Positions 22,684 through 33,980 of a DNA stretch of 64,000 nucleotides are shown piece by piece (position 1 is the first letter of the stretch; each line of letters opens with the position of its first letter). The stretch lies in contig JAANOX010000080.1 in NCBI GenBank assembly GCA_020184695.1, positions 186,001 to 250,000 of the forward strand. The letters run 5' to 3'. The notes beneath the pieces were generated by a model, which was given only the letters and a program-made list of their open reading frames with translations, did no database searches and was not told the DNA's origin. The translations under genes and the position numbers were made by a program. Origin of the DNA: Histomonas meleagridis 2922-C6/04-290x. Its lineage: Eukaryota; Protista; Parabasalia.

Positions 22684-25371
22684 TTATAATAAATTGCAAC
22701 ATGGGATAAAAGCAGAAATTGTTGCAATTGCTACAAAAACTAATACCACCACTACTATGCCAGCTATTTCTCCAGTTGTTAACCCTCCATCATCATTTTC
22801 TATGTTATAATCTTTAAATTCATCAACTAAAGCCTCGGGGGCCGTTAATTCTATATCGTCGATAAACCATTCAACTTTTTCTTTAGCGTTTGAATTGAAG
22901 ACGATGGACTCCACTTTTGACCATTCTTTATTTGTTATATTAAAATTATTAATTGAACCAGATTTTGATCCTTGTGTTGCTTTAATAGCGAACGACATAT
23001 TTAACAAGCTTCCTATCCAAGTAGTCATTTCGATTTTGACCCATTGATTCTTATCCAAATCTGTCAAAATCCTTTTACCATTAGTTGAATATACTTCGCT
23101 CTCAGTAACATAAACAATTGGACCTGCTTTGTTATTCGTCCTCATGTCAGCACTCATTGAAGCTCCAGTTCCCATTTTTAGCCAAAAGCTTAATTTGATT
23201 TCGCCTTCATAATACTTCGGACTGATAATGAAATAAGGTATGTAACTTGCTTGGTTATTATTCGCGTCGACGATTTTTAATGAATATTTTCCCGAATGCG
23301 CAGCTTCATTACTTAATGCAATTGAACCTGATCCAACATTCTTAGAGAACGACTTAAGAAATTCCGTTTCCCCATTTTCCATGTTCTCGTGATAATTTAA
23401 TTGGTTATAAGGTAACACAGTAATAAATTCATGATATTGATAATCTTTCGCTTTGTTCTTCCATGAGTCTGTTCCTTGAACTCCAATTAGACTAAGATCA
23501 AATGGCTTGAAATTGATTTTGGTTAACGATTCATTTGATTTAAAGCGGAAATCGCGTCGTTCAACACTTTCAAATAATGGATCAATTTCAAATGAATTTT
23601 GATCTTGTCCTTTACTTTGACGTGTTGCTAATGAATCGCCATTAAATGATACATTAACGTTATCGATTCTCCAATAGATGTTATTATCGAAATCAAATTT
23701 AGTGGAGTAATCGATTGTGGATGATAATAAATCACCAGAATCATAAACAACAATGTTATTTTTAAATGTCATTATTTTCGGTTTTTCGATTTGTCGTGTT
23801 AATGCAATTTGTCGCTTCGAGGCCATAGCAAAAATATTGTTTTGAATAACAAAGCTATGGCCGTAATGTAAATGAAATGAGCCGTCTAATACATCATGTA
23901 CAATGTTATCTTCGATTAGGGCACCCCATGCGCCTTCGTCTGGATAAATGCCTTGCGCGCCATAAGAAGATGCGCCAATGTCATGCACCCAATTGTTGCG
24001 GATGATTGTTCCGGTGGACATTCCACCCCAATAAATACAACCCATGTCACTCATTATATTATAACCTAAATGATGAACATGATTTTTTTCAACTAAAAAA
24101 TTGATCGGCTCAACTTGACAATCAATGCCATTACAAACTCCAAAGCCTATGCCTGTGTATAAAAAATCAGATATGTCATTATTAAGTATCTTAATGTTAT
24201 CAAAACTTCCTTGGCCCCAACAACTTAAGCCATTACCTTTGTGGTTTACTCGACCACCACCTCTAATGATATTATTTTGAACAGTGACATTAAATCCATT
24301 AAATGAAATTCCAGTTTGGCCTAAATCATAAATATAATTATCGCTTATAACGCTATCATCGGATCTAAAGTTAATAGCGCTCATACCAAAATGTTCAAAT
24401 GAACAACCTGTAATAATTATATTTTTGGAATTGTATATAGTACAGCCGAAATATGAGCTTCCGGGAGCTTCCTCATCATTTACTGGCTTTGCTGCATAGG
24501 CAAATCGGATATTTTCGATCTTAACATTATTGACTTGATTTATTGATAAAAGTGAACTCGTCGTGGAATAGATTACATTGGAGCTCTCGAAAATTTCTGT
24601 GGGAAGAGGATAGTATGAAAGGACTCCTGATCGAGAAAGGAACCATTCACCAGGATTATCAAGTCCTGTTCTTAAGTTTTGTAAATAATACATATCATTT
24701 GTTTGCATTTCGCATGAAGGAGTTGCAACTCCATATGTGATTATTTGGCGTTTTGAGAGATCATATTCTGATATTCGTTCAATATTTTGACACCACTTTC
24801 GTGTGTCAACTATAATTACATCTAACATTTCTTCGTGGCTAAGATCATGAAGATATTTGACGCCTGCTTCTGATATAGTAAATACATGTTTTTTTGTATT
24901 TTCATCGCTAGTATTATATTGTGCGAAGCCAAGAGTACGAGCAAACTTCCATTCATCAGGAGAACGTGCAAGAACTGCACGCTTACCATTTACCCATAAA
25001 GTATCAAATCGCCAATTTTCAACAGAGGTATTGAGTTGAGTACGCCATATTTCACCTTCCTTTGTCCACTGTGTGGTAACTTTTGTTCCTCCTGTAATTG
25101 TAACTTGACCATCTCCAATAACATTAATTATTTTATTACGACATCCATTCCAGTAACTCATTGTAATTTGATCATTGTATTCACCAGCTTTATAAATAAT
25201 TGTTGCTGTGGTATTTTCAGGTTGAGATTTGATAGCTTTAAGTGATGATGACCAGCAATCAAATGGTTTGTCAACAGTTCCGTCTCCTTCAGGTGAGCCG
25301 TTTTTGGCAATATAATATGTGTATTCGGTTGAAAAAGAATTTCGAAGTAAAAGAGTTACGAGAAACACCAC
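22684..25371 (-). CDS. Membrane-anchored right-handed beta-helix protein, GH141/pectin-lyase-fold-like, bacterial-like
   Basis: YYIAKNGSPEGDGTVDKPF, LWVNGKRAVLARSP, LDNPGEWF, NHVHHLG...SDMGCIY, IIRNNWVHDI, GIYPDEG; C-terminal hydrophobic segment. Starts at GTG with no in-frame ATG upstream. Confidence 0.8.
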   Translation of the reverse strand: MVFLVTLLLRNSFSTEYTYYIAKNGSPEGDGTVDKPFDCWSSSLKAIKSQPENTTATIIYKAGEYNDQITMSYWNGCRNKIINVIGDGQVTITGGTKVTTQWTKEGEIWRTQLNTSVENWRFDTLWVNGKRAVLARSPDEWKFARTLGFAQYNTSDENTKKHVFTISEAGVKYLHDLSHEEMLDVIIVDTRKWCQNIERISEYDLSKRQIITYGVATPSCEMQTNDMYYLQNLRTGLDNPGEWFLSRSGVLSYYPLPTEIFESSNVIYSTTSSLLSINQVNNVKIENIRFAYAAKPVNDEEAPGSSYFGCTIYNSKNIIITGCSFEHFGMSAINFRSDDSVISDNYIYDLGQTGISFNGFNVTVQNNIIRGGGRVNHKGNGLSCWGQGSFDNIKILNNDISDFLYTGIGFGVCNGIDCQVEPINFLVEKNHVHHLGYNIMSDMGCIYWGGMSTGTIIRNNWVHDIGASSYGAQGIYPDEGAWGALIEDNIVHDVLDGSFHLHYGHSFVIQNNIFAMASKRQIALTRQIEKPKIMTFKNNIVVYDSGDLLSSTIDYSTKFDFDNNIYWRIDNVNVSFNGDSLATRQSKGQDQNSFEIDPLFESVERRDFRFKSNESLTKINFKPFDLSLIGVQGTDSWKNKAKDYQYHEFITVLPYNQLNYHENMENGETEFLKSFSKNVGSGSIALSNEAAHSGKYSLKIVDANNNQASYIPYFIISPKYYEGEIKLSFWLKMGTGASMSADMRTNNKAGPIVYVTESEVYSTNGKRILTDLDKNQWVKIEMTTWIGSLLNMSFAIKATQGSKSGSINNFNITNKEWSKVESIVFNSNAKEKVEWFIDDIELTAPEALVDEFKDYNIENDDGGLTTGEIAGIVVVVLVFVAIATISAFIPCCNLL

Positions 25372-25764
25372 TTGACAATTGACAAGCAGTTTTCAAAACT
25401 TATAAAAGTTTACAGTGAAAACTGGCGTTTCAAAAAGTTGTTTATTTTTTTGTTGGTTCATTTAAAGTCAATTCTGAAAATATTATGCAAAATAATTTTA
25501 CAGAGGTTAATTTAAATTAAAAAAATGTTTTATTTAAATAGTGAATTTATATTTAAATAATTTTTATTTGAACTCAGTAAAGCTAAATACAAAAAATTAC
25601 TTGTCAGTAGATATCCATTTTAAAATACATTTTATTTCACAAAATCACAAATCGTAACAATTTCATTGTGCAGCAAACATTAGTCATAAGCTTATTTATC
25701 ACTAGTGAAATTGAACTTGATTACCAACGATAAAAAAAATTTGATGGAATTTAATTGATACTTC

Positions 25765-25799
25765 AAAAAGCTAAAAAAGCTAAAAAAGCTAAAAAAGCT
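25765..25799. repeat. Short tandem repeat (AAAAAAGCT)x4
   Basis: aaaaagct aaaaaagct aaaaaagct aaaaaagct. Confidence 0.8.
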
Positions 25800-26010
25800 C
25801 AAGAATAATTTAATAATTTATTACTAATAACTCAAGATGTAATTTTAAAGACTTGATAAAAATTTGCATTTTTAATGCAAAATGTAGCAAATACTGGATT
25901 TTATCTCCAAATCACATATAAAAAACATGTACAAAATTATAAATTTTATAATCGCAAACATATTATATTATTCAGATCGATGCAAAAAAGGATGATGTTT
26001 GCTTATTTGA

Positions 26011-26059
26011 AAAGTGACATAGAAGTAAAATTGACACTTTTTAAACGGTTATGGCCTTT
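26011..26059 (+). promoter_or_regulatory. Trichomonad core promoter motifs M2 (AAAGTGAC), M3 (AACGGTTA) and M5 (CCTTT)
   Basis: AAAGTGAC 26011-18, AACGGTTA 26044-51, CCTTT 26055-59, just upstream of a ribosomal protein ATG, where the M3/M5 pair is described in T. vaginalis. Confidence 0.65.
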
Positions 26060-26067
26060 CTTTTGGA

Positions 26068-26502
26068 ATGTCTGCACCAAACAAGACACTTCTTCAACCA
26101 GGTCGTTTTGTCATCCTTCTCAATGGCCGCCATGCAGGAAAGAAGGCAATAGTTTTACAAGCATATCCAGAACCAACTGAAGCACGTAAATATCCACACG
26201 CAGTTGTTTTAGGAATCCAAAAATCACCAAAGAAGCTTACAAAGGATATGCCACAAAAGACCCTTGTCAAGCGTACTCAAATCAAAGTTTTTGTCAAGAC
26301 TGTTAACTTCAACCATCTTCTTCTTACACGTCATATGATGAAAGATGAAGACTTCTGGAACAAGGTCAAACCAGACCAAGTCATCAAGTCTATGGAAGAC
26401 ACTGAACAAAAGAAGGCTGAACTTCAAGCAATCACAAAAGTTCTTCGCCAGAAGTATCTCAATGGCAAGATGCCATGGTTGTTCAAGCCACTCAAATTTT
26501 AA
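26068..26502 (+). CDS. RPL27: 60S ribosomal protein L27 (eL27)
   Basis: PGRFVILLNGRHAGKKA, YPHAVVLG, IKVFVKTVNFNHL..TR, WLFKPLKF. Confidence 0.95.
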   Translation: MSAPNKTLLQPGRFVILLNGRHAGKKAIVLQAYPEPTEARKYPHAVVLGIQKSPKKLTKDMPQKTLVKRTQIKVFVKTVNFNHLLLTRHMMKDEDFWNKVKPDQVIKSMEDTEQKKAELQAITKVLRQKYLNGKMPWLFKPLKF

Positions 26503-26681
26503 ATAAACAATTTAATTTATAATAAGAAATCATGTTGGTATATTAAACTAATTACAATTTAATGAATTCGATAGAAAAATGTGTTTTCATCACATTTGAA
26601 TCTTCTCTCATATGAAATTTGTTTTGTGATTTAACTTCAAGATGAAATTAATTTTTCAATCCTTAATGTTGTTGTAAATTA

Positions 26682-28484
26682 CCCTGGTGTCGCTCCAATT
26701 CGCCGTATTCAAATTTTTGCCACTGGAATTTGAGAATAAAACCGTTTTCAGTCAGACACAAGGGATTCCATATCCATGATGCTCATGATATACAAGAGCT
26801 TTGGTCAATGCAAATGAAATACTTCCAACTCTAGTTCTCTCTACATGAATCTTATATCTTTATCTTATAATTTTAATAATCAATTTGAAATTTCTCTACA
26901 TATAATCAAATTAAACTAAAAAAGTAGCATCATTTAGAATACTCATTACAAGTAAAGTACAAAAAGATATCGAAACAAACTAATTTAATTATTCATATAA
27001 ATAAATATTGTGATTATTCCGGAATTTTTTTACCGAATAAACTCAAAAACATTAAATTAATAGGTTATTAGGATTACTGATTTAAGCGTTAGCAATACAT
27101 TGCAATTCTCAATATAAAAAATTGAATATTTGAACAAAAATTTTTAAATATGTTAATTGTTATTAGGTCATATATTTAGCTCTATTCACGTCTAAACATT
27201 TGAAATTTCATGCAATTAAAAAAATCAATGAAATAATTATTTATTCATAAATTTCCCATGATTCAGTAATTGTGTTCTCACTTAGATGTTCCCAAGCAAC
27301 TAGTAAATATTGAATTGCTGTTTCTTCGTTGGATTTAGTATTGGGATCATTTTGATATGATTTTTTGAACAATCTTCTTGCTGTGGCCTTTAGGCTCCCA
27401 AACACCAATCGATCCAATGGCTGTAACTCATCTGTTAAGCCTGCAGGGATGAATAATAATTCAATATTCAAATTATCAGCACACTCATGGATCTTTTGAG
27501 TTTGATGAGCCTTAAATTGATCAACAATCAAATATATCTTTTTGTCGTCATTAAAATTGTTTCGGAGAAACTTTAAATATTGCTCAAATGTTGATTCTGT
27601 TGTCCAACCATTGCTTGATTAAGTGGAATTGTAATATGAAATATCTCCTTAATTTTTTTCACTTCGCTCAGTTGTACCCTTAGCAATAATGATAAGAGGT
27701 AGCTTTTTTCCATCAGCTTTTATACTTGCCATTACACTGATACTTTGTTTGGAATTAGCATTGACATAGGCTTTAACATTGTTAGATCCTGTTTCAGACC
27801 AAGTCAAAATTCCTACAGGAATACTATTCCAACATGTTTCATCAGAATTAATAACTCTAGATCTATCAATTGTTGATAAAAGTTTCTGAATTTTTTGGAT
27901 GAATTCATTTTTTTCTTCATCAGATATTGTTGGTCTTCTTTTCGCGTGAGGTTTCCTCGATGAAATTATATTTCGTTTCTTGAAGTCATTGATAAATCCT
28001 CTGCTAATTGGAAAATCTTTTTTGATCATTTCTTCATTAGTATATTTTTCGAGATAGGCTTGGTATGCAATGTCAATAAAATCTTCGTCATTTAAATATA
28101 TACCTTGAGATAAGAAATTAGCAACGATATAATCTTTAATTGCAGTTTCTTCTTCATTGGTGAATATCCGATGACTGATACCATGGTTGTTGTCCCATGG
28201 TCTCCATTTGTTGTTTAACTCCATTTTCTTTCTCCAATATTTTAACGTTGATTCTGGAATTTCTGATTTTTGAGATAATTTGTAAATTGATTCTGAACTA
28301 CTTAGAATTTTGTCAATAACTATTTGTATTTTCTTTCTGACGTCTCGACGTGTGTAATCATTGTGTGGTTTTCCACTGAATACAGGTCTTACTTGCATCT
28401 TTCAGATGTCTGTTCAATGCCGTTTATTAATTATTTTGACTAGCATTTAAAATTTGAATACGGCGAATTGAAGCGACACCAGGG
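26682..28484 (-). mobile_element. pogo-like Tc1/mariner DNA transposon, 1803 bp
   Basis: 36-bp TIRs CCCTGGTGTCGCT[C/T]CAATTCGCCGTATTCAAATTTT (26682-26717 and 28449-28484, one mismatch); TA on both flanks; internal DDD transposase. Confidence 0.95.
27241..28398 (-). pseudogene. pogo-type transposase (HTH plus DDE_1-like, DD35D) with two in-frame TAA
   Basis: NSDET, SNGWTT, IVDQFKAH, LQPLD; stops at 27649-51 and 27619-21 with no frameshift. Confidence 0.88.
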
Positions 28485-28777
28485 TATTTTAATTATAAAA
28501 ATTTGAAATAAATTAATTCTTAAAGATTGATAGTGAATGATTTTGTGTTCTTGGATATGAGAAACACATCTTTTGATAACAGCAATTATTATTATTTGTT
28601 GATTCATCAAAGACAATTATTTTGGATTTTTTAACAAATATTAGATTTTTGTGAGCTCACGAAAGACAAATTGATTTAACACATATAACAAATAAATTTC
28701 CCATACCGGTGATCTTTCACTTTGATTTTTGTTTTGAAACAATACATTAATACGAATGGGGTGGCCCAATAAGCCTT

Positions 28778-29908
28778 ATGCAGTTTCCTGTTCTCCCTGT
28801 TATGAACCCAGATTTCTGGGTTTACAAAGCAGAAGGATTTGACTCAGTGATTCTTTCTTTTGTCGGGCCAGAAGACTCTGAATTTCATGGTAAAGTTCTT
28901 AGATTATATAAAAATCAAGAACCTCAATTTCGAAGGGGTAATGAACCAGAAATCGAAGACTTCACATCTAGGGTTATCCTACATCAGAACTATATCAAAA
29001 ATTTCATAAAACCATTTTTAGATTACATTGATGCTGGAACACCATACGCTATTGCACCTGAATTTGTTCAAGCCTTATCTAACAAAATTCAATCTAATCG
29101 TCCACCACGTCGAATCAACGAATCACATATTTGTACCACGTCTAAAGTCTGCTTAATCCATGAAGATCATATTCCAACTCAAGGCATTTCCATCGAAATT
29201 AAACCTAAGTGGGGATTTCTTCCTGATTGTCCATTAATTCCATCTGATTCTATCAAACGACGTGTATCAAGATTTCAACTCATGCAACGATACAAGTTCA
29301 AACTTGGACAAATCAAGTCCATTACATCCTATGACCCTTTAGACCTATTTAGTGGCGAACGTTCATCCATAAGCAAAGCGATAACAGATATTACTACCAA
29401 TCCACAAAGTAATCTCAAAGTTATTCGCGATGGAAAAACATCAGAACTTACACCAAATGAAAGGGAAACACTTGTTGAATCACTTTATACGCATGACGTT
29501 CTATCTAAAATTCTTAAACTTCAGCGTCTTGATAAATTCGACGTCGAATGTATTGTTCCGATTTTGGAAAAGGCGAACTCTCCGACGTGGGAAGAAATGG
29601 TTAATGATGAAAATATCATTAATGGTATATGTAAGATGATGAATAACGAATTTGTTTTACCTAACGATGTGGAAAAAGTTAAGGAATTGATTGAGAATAT
29701 GAGTGAGAGCGAGGCAAGAATAAACATCGCCGCGTTTTTAATTGCTCAAGCAGCAAAAGATTGCAGCGTGATGATAAGCGGTCAGGGAAATGATGTTCGA
29801 TTCGACGTGATCGATTTTGATCTGAAAATGCCTCAGCATATAATTTCGCAATACCTGAAATTGGATAAGAAAATTATTGATGCATATAAAGAAATGGAAA
29901 ATAAATAA
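28778..29908 (+). CDS. IPK1: Inositol-pentakisphosphate 2-kinase
   Basis: IEIKPKWGF, RF..MQ..K, YDPLDLFS, AKDCSVMI, IDFDLK. Confidence 0.88.
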   Translation: MQFPVLPVMNPDFWVYKAEGFDSVILSFVGPEDSEFHGKVLRLYKNQEPQFRRGNEPEIEDFTSRVILHQNYIKNFIKPFLDYIDAGTPYAIAPEFVQALSNKIQSNRPPRRINESHICTTSKVCLIHEDHIPTQGISIEIKPKWGFLPDCPLIPSDSIKRRVSRFQLMQRYKFKLGQIKSITSYDPLDLFSGERSSISKAITDITTNPQSNLKVIRDGKTSELTPNERETLVESLYTHDVLSKILKLQRLDKFDVECIVPILEKANSPTWEEMVNDENIINGICKMMNNEFVLPNDVEKVKELIENMSESEARINIAAFLIAQAAKDCSVMISGQGNDVRFDVIDFDLKMPQHIISQYLKLDKKIIDAYKEMENK

Positions 29909-30247
29909 AGAAAAAAATGTACTTAGTTTTGCAATGTTGGAAATATTTTTGTCTTATTGTTTTTGATTCATCAATTGTTATGTTATTTTTAAAATATTTT
30001 TTTGTGAATTCAAACCTTAAAAACGTTATTCTTTCATGAAGTGTTGATATATTTCTTAACATTAGTAGTAACATTTTTGAATTGTCAATTAATCTCATTC
30101 TGATCAAAAACTCATAAACATATTAATTTAAATCAATCAAAAAGATATAGAATGTTTGATATTAAAAATCTCTTTTATGCGTGCTTTCAAGCGATAAAAT
30201 GTTGGGTTGTGGCAATTGGCAGAAATTCGTTAAAGTGCCAAATAAAA

Positions 30248-31408
30248 ATGCTCTCAAAAGACCAACTTGACTTCTACTTTGAACATTTAGTTGACGATTT
30301 CTGGATTACCATTAAAGGTAAGAAATATGGGGTGAACAGGTCGTTAGCTTCATCATTATCAAAATATATTTCAGAAATTGATCCATCAAGTAGCGAAATT
30401 ACCTTGGATATTGATGATCCACATGACTGCTTCCCATTAGTCATTGACTTTTTGCATGGAAAGAAAATCGAAATTACGACATTAAATGATTACTCAATTC
30501 AACAAATTGCCGAATTTTTACAAATAGAATCACTTTTAAACCTAACAAGGCAGTCACTTGAAGAGCCACTTACTCCTAAAAACGTCCGTGATCGCCTTTA
30601 TCAAAATCCGAATAATGAAACTTATTTAAATTATCTCTATGAGAATATCGAATCAATTCGTAACGAAAACTCACTTACTCAGTTTGAACCAGACATTTTA
30701 CTTAAGGTCAAGAACTTTACCAAGAGTAATTTTACTTCTGTTAAATCTCGATACACATTTTATTTTGATTGTTGTATCTCATTTCCAACACTTGTAACAC
30801 AGTTCCTCACCAACGACGACATTCGACAGATCCCAGAAGAAGTTCTTTCTCTTCTTGTTTCCGACGAAAAATATTCGACATTAGACGACATAATTCCATT
30901 TTATCCGATTGCGCAAAATTTGTATCATCAAGTTGAAGATAACAAACACCAATACCAAAACTTATTAGTTCAATGTGAAGAGAGTATGAAAGAGAAAGAA
31001 GACATCATTTCGAAGAGAGACAAATACAAAGAACTTGCCGAAATGAAAGAAAAGAACGAAAAACTTTATAATGACATCAAAGAGTTTTCGAATGACTTCC
31101 AAGAGAACTCTCGAATTAATGTTTTAAATGACTACAAAGTATCGCAAAACACTTTGGACGAAATCCAAAACAACATAAAAGAAATCGAAGAACAAATTAG
31201 TATGAAAAAAAGTAATTGCAAACAAGAGAACTTGAGGAACTCTTGCGCAGAAGCGGAAGATACTTTGGAAGATTTGGCAATGTGCTTAAACAAGTTGCTG
31301 CCAAATGACACAGACATCGAAATGATTTTGGAGGAAACCGAAAAAATCGCAAAAAATTTGGGAAATTTGGCACAAGAAGCGTTCAATGTTTTGGAGCCGA
31401 ATTCTTAA
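30248..31408 (+). CDS. BTB/POZ-like N-terminus plus coiled-coil protein
   Basis: DFWITIKGKKYGVNRSLASSLSKYI..F.LVIDFLHG..I..IAEFLQIESL; heptad-rich C-terminus. Start placed at the MLSK ATG. Confidence 0.7.
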   Translation: MLSKDQLDFYFEHLVDDFWITIKGKKYGVNRSLASSLSKYISEIDPSSSEITLDIDDPHDCFPLVIDFLHGKKIEITTLNDYSIQQIAEFLQIESLLNLTRQSLEEPLTPKNVRDRLYQNPNNETYLNYLYENIESIRNENSLTQFEPDILLKVKNFTKSNFTSVKSRYTFYFDCCISFPTLVTQFLTNDDIRQIPEEVLSLLVSDEKYSTLDDIIPFYPIAQNLYHQVEDNKHQYQNLLVQCEESMKEKEDIISKRDKYKELAEMKEKNEKLYNDIKEFSNDFQENSRINVLNDYKVSQNTLDEIQNNIKEIEEQISMKKSNCKQENLRNSCAEAEDTLEDLAMCLNKLLPNDTDIEMILEETEKIAKNLGNLAQEAFNVLEPNS

Positions 31409-31500
31409 TGAAATTATTAATAAAACATTTTCTGCATATTTTATTTATTAAGTAATTTGTTTAAAATTTTTATGCAAATCTCAAAACATTAAATTAGAAA

Positions 31501-32190
31501 TTATTCTGTGACACCGTGATCATGAAGTAATGTAATTATTTCATTATATTCATTTTTTATTGCAAACATATGCGCTGACATAAATAATTCAAATATTTTC
31601 CAAATTTTATTTTGAAATATAATATTATTAAAATGATTGATATTTGAAACAAAAAAAATATTTTTCGCATTAAGATCAATTCCTTCTTGTTCGAGAAGCA
31701 ATTTAACTATTTCTATATGACCATTTTCAGATGCTTTAATAAGTGGTGTTTCAAATGTTTTAAACAATTTCCAAATATTATTTTGAAATATTATAAAATT
31801 ATTGAAACAAAATTTAAATAAAATAAATAAATATTTTTAGTATTAATATCATTTCCTTTTTGTTCAAGAAGTAGTTTCACTATTTCTGTATGACCATTTG
31901 AAGATGCTTCCATAAGTGCTGTATTAAATATTTAAAATAATTTTTAAATATTATCTTGAAATATAAAATTATTAAAATAGATTATAAATAAAACAAATAA
32001 ATATCTTTAGCATTAATATCAATTACTTCTTGAACAAGAAGTAATTAAACTATTTCTATTCGATTTTTAAAAGATGCTTTAATAAGTGCTGTATATAATA
32101 ATTAAAATAATTTCCAAATATTATTTTGAAATAAAAAATTATTAAAATATAGTCTATTAAATAAAACAAATAAATATCTTCAGCACAACT
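31501..32190 (-). pseudogene. Ankyrin array 3' fragment with spacers of 77, 74, 77 and 75 nt
   Basis: Spacers at 32099-32175, 31929-32002, 31756-31832 and 31585-31659; first repeat contains TAA; ends LHDHGVTE*; no DUF3447 part upstream. Confidence 0.8.
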
Positions 32191-32419
32191 CCCGGTACGA
32201 TCAGATTCCACTTTTTGAATTAAACATAAAAATGAAAAAAATTTTTTATTCATATTTTAATATTTAAATATAATATTCAAGAAATACTTATATAATTTTT
32301 ATTACAACAATGTGTTCTTTTCTTGTCGTATAGGTTTATTATAAATGATTGATTATTCATCGATGTATAAATTATTCAATTTTATTTTTTTCCAAAGATT
32401 TTGTTTTATTACTCAGTAG

Positions 32420-33050
32420 GTGATGGAGGATGAGATTGTGGTTGAGGTTGCGCAAAACCTTGAGGCTTGTTCAGTCTGCTTATAAGAAGTTTTTAATATG
32501 ACACGATCAGTTGATATAAACTTCGTTCCCATGTGTCCTTTTAAATCTAATTTATGACTTCGCTTCATTGTACCAAAATTTTTAAGATTTCATCAAGTTA
32601 ACCATGAACATTATAATCTGTGTAACTTTCGCTTTCACTAAGGTCACTGCATTGATTTTTTTCTTGGTAGAAAAAAGTGAACTTTGGGAATCATCAATTT
32701 GTTGAAAGGTTTCATTTTCAATTGGAATGTTAAAATATAAACGCGTAGACAAAATAAGGCGGATAAGGGTTCATTGATTTCAAATGATTCTATCTGATCT
32801 AACTCATTTTCTTCAAGATAATTTAAAAAAGAATAATTTAATTTTTTCTTCTTCCCTAAAACTGAAACAATTACGAATGAGAATGCAAGAAGTGGATAAT
32901 GCAATCAAAGCTTTTCTTCATAGAAAAAATATGCTTGAATAAATTGAAGATCTGGGCAAATTCTTTTAAAGTTTGTTTGTTGATCACAAAAAATGCAATT
33001 GTATAGTTTATCAAACCAAAATCTTCGGTTATTGTATTCAAAAATCATGT
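32420..33050 (-). pseudogene. Possible decayed gene antisense and head-to-head with the IBD gene
   Basis: ORFs 32905-33135 and 32644-32904 are in one frame separated by a single TGA; a P/Q-rich tail lies near 32420-32460. Confidence 0.3.
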
Positions 33051-33086
33051 GATAATTGGCCGAGCACTTAAGGCTACTTTGGAAAG

Positions 33087-33785
33087 ATGGAAGGAAATAA
33101 TATTTCTGAAGTAATGCCAAAATACTTTGAAACACTTTCTCCAGAAGACCAGGAAGAATACAAAAAACTTAGAGCAATCCTTTCGTCAAAAGATTGTAGA
33201 AATAATCGTGGTCAAAGATTAACCAAATTCTCTGAAATGTTATCTGCAATCCAGAAATTTTGCATCAGAAACGACCAAAATGATTCTAATAGATGTCTTG
33301 TCTGTGGTATTTGCTGGTTACCTAACGGCATAGCAATTAACACAAGACAATTAAGATTACTAATTGACAAGTGCAAATCTTCAATTAATGGGTCTCTTCA
33401 AAGGATTGGGTTTTCAGCAGTTTCCATGAAAGATGATTCATACAATAAGCTTTATGCTGTTATCCCTCAACTAAAAAATAACTACAAAGAAACCAGAGAA
33501 TGGTCAATCAGACAGACAACCTTTTCCACACCACAAGCAGAAATACCAGTATTTACGCCTGATCAAAAGTACATGTTTCCAACACCAGCTCCAACATTTC
33601 CACAAGTACAAACACCTCAACCGAACATGGCACAACTTGGAATGAGCAATAATTCATTCGATCCAGATTATCAAAATGAGACCATTCCTCCAGAAGTTGA
33701 TGATTGGAATGATCCCTTTTGTCTTACTCCTTCGTTTGTATTCGATGATAGTCAAGGATATAATGATGACGATCAATTTATGTGA
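33087..33785 (+). CDS. Initiator-binding-domain (IBP39-type IBD) protein
   Basis: LSPEDQEEYKKLR..RNNRGQR..F.EML..I.KF..D..RCLVCGICWL..IAINTRQLRLLIDKCKSSINGSLQRIGF, a parabasalid family. Confidence 0.93.
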   Translation: MEGNNISEVMPKYFETLSPEDQEEYKKLRAILSSKDCRNNRGQRLTKFSEMLSAIQKFCIRNDQNDSNRCLVCGICWLPNGIAINTRQLRLLIDKCKSSINGSLQRIGFSAVSMKDDSYNKLYAVIPQLKNNYKETREWSIRQTTFSTPQAEIPVFTPDQKYMFPTPAPTFPQVQTPQPNMAQLGMSNNSFDPDYQNETIPPEVDDWNDPFCLTPSFVFDDSQGYNDDDQFM

Positions 33786-33980
33786 TTAATTTATAATAAA
33801 TATTTGAAAAATAAAATGTATTTTAATAATAAATGTCAACGCTTTGTTAGTAATACTTAACCATCTACAAAACTTTTATTTCTTGTGATCAAATTTGTGC
33901 AAAATCTGCCTCTGTGAAAATAATAACAACAGCTGTTAATATATTGACTCAAAATTCAATTAAAAACGTTTACCTCAAAA

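Noticed and set aside
25765-25799. (AAAAAAGCT)x4 upstream of RPL27 as a regulatory element
   Set aside because: Short simple repeat with no second occurrence seen; nothing supports a function.
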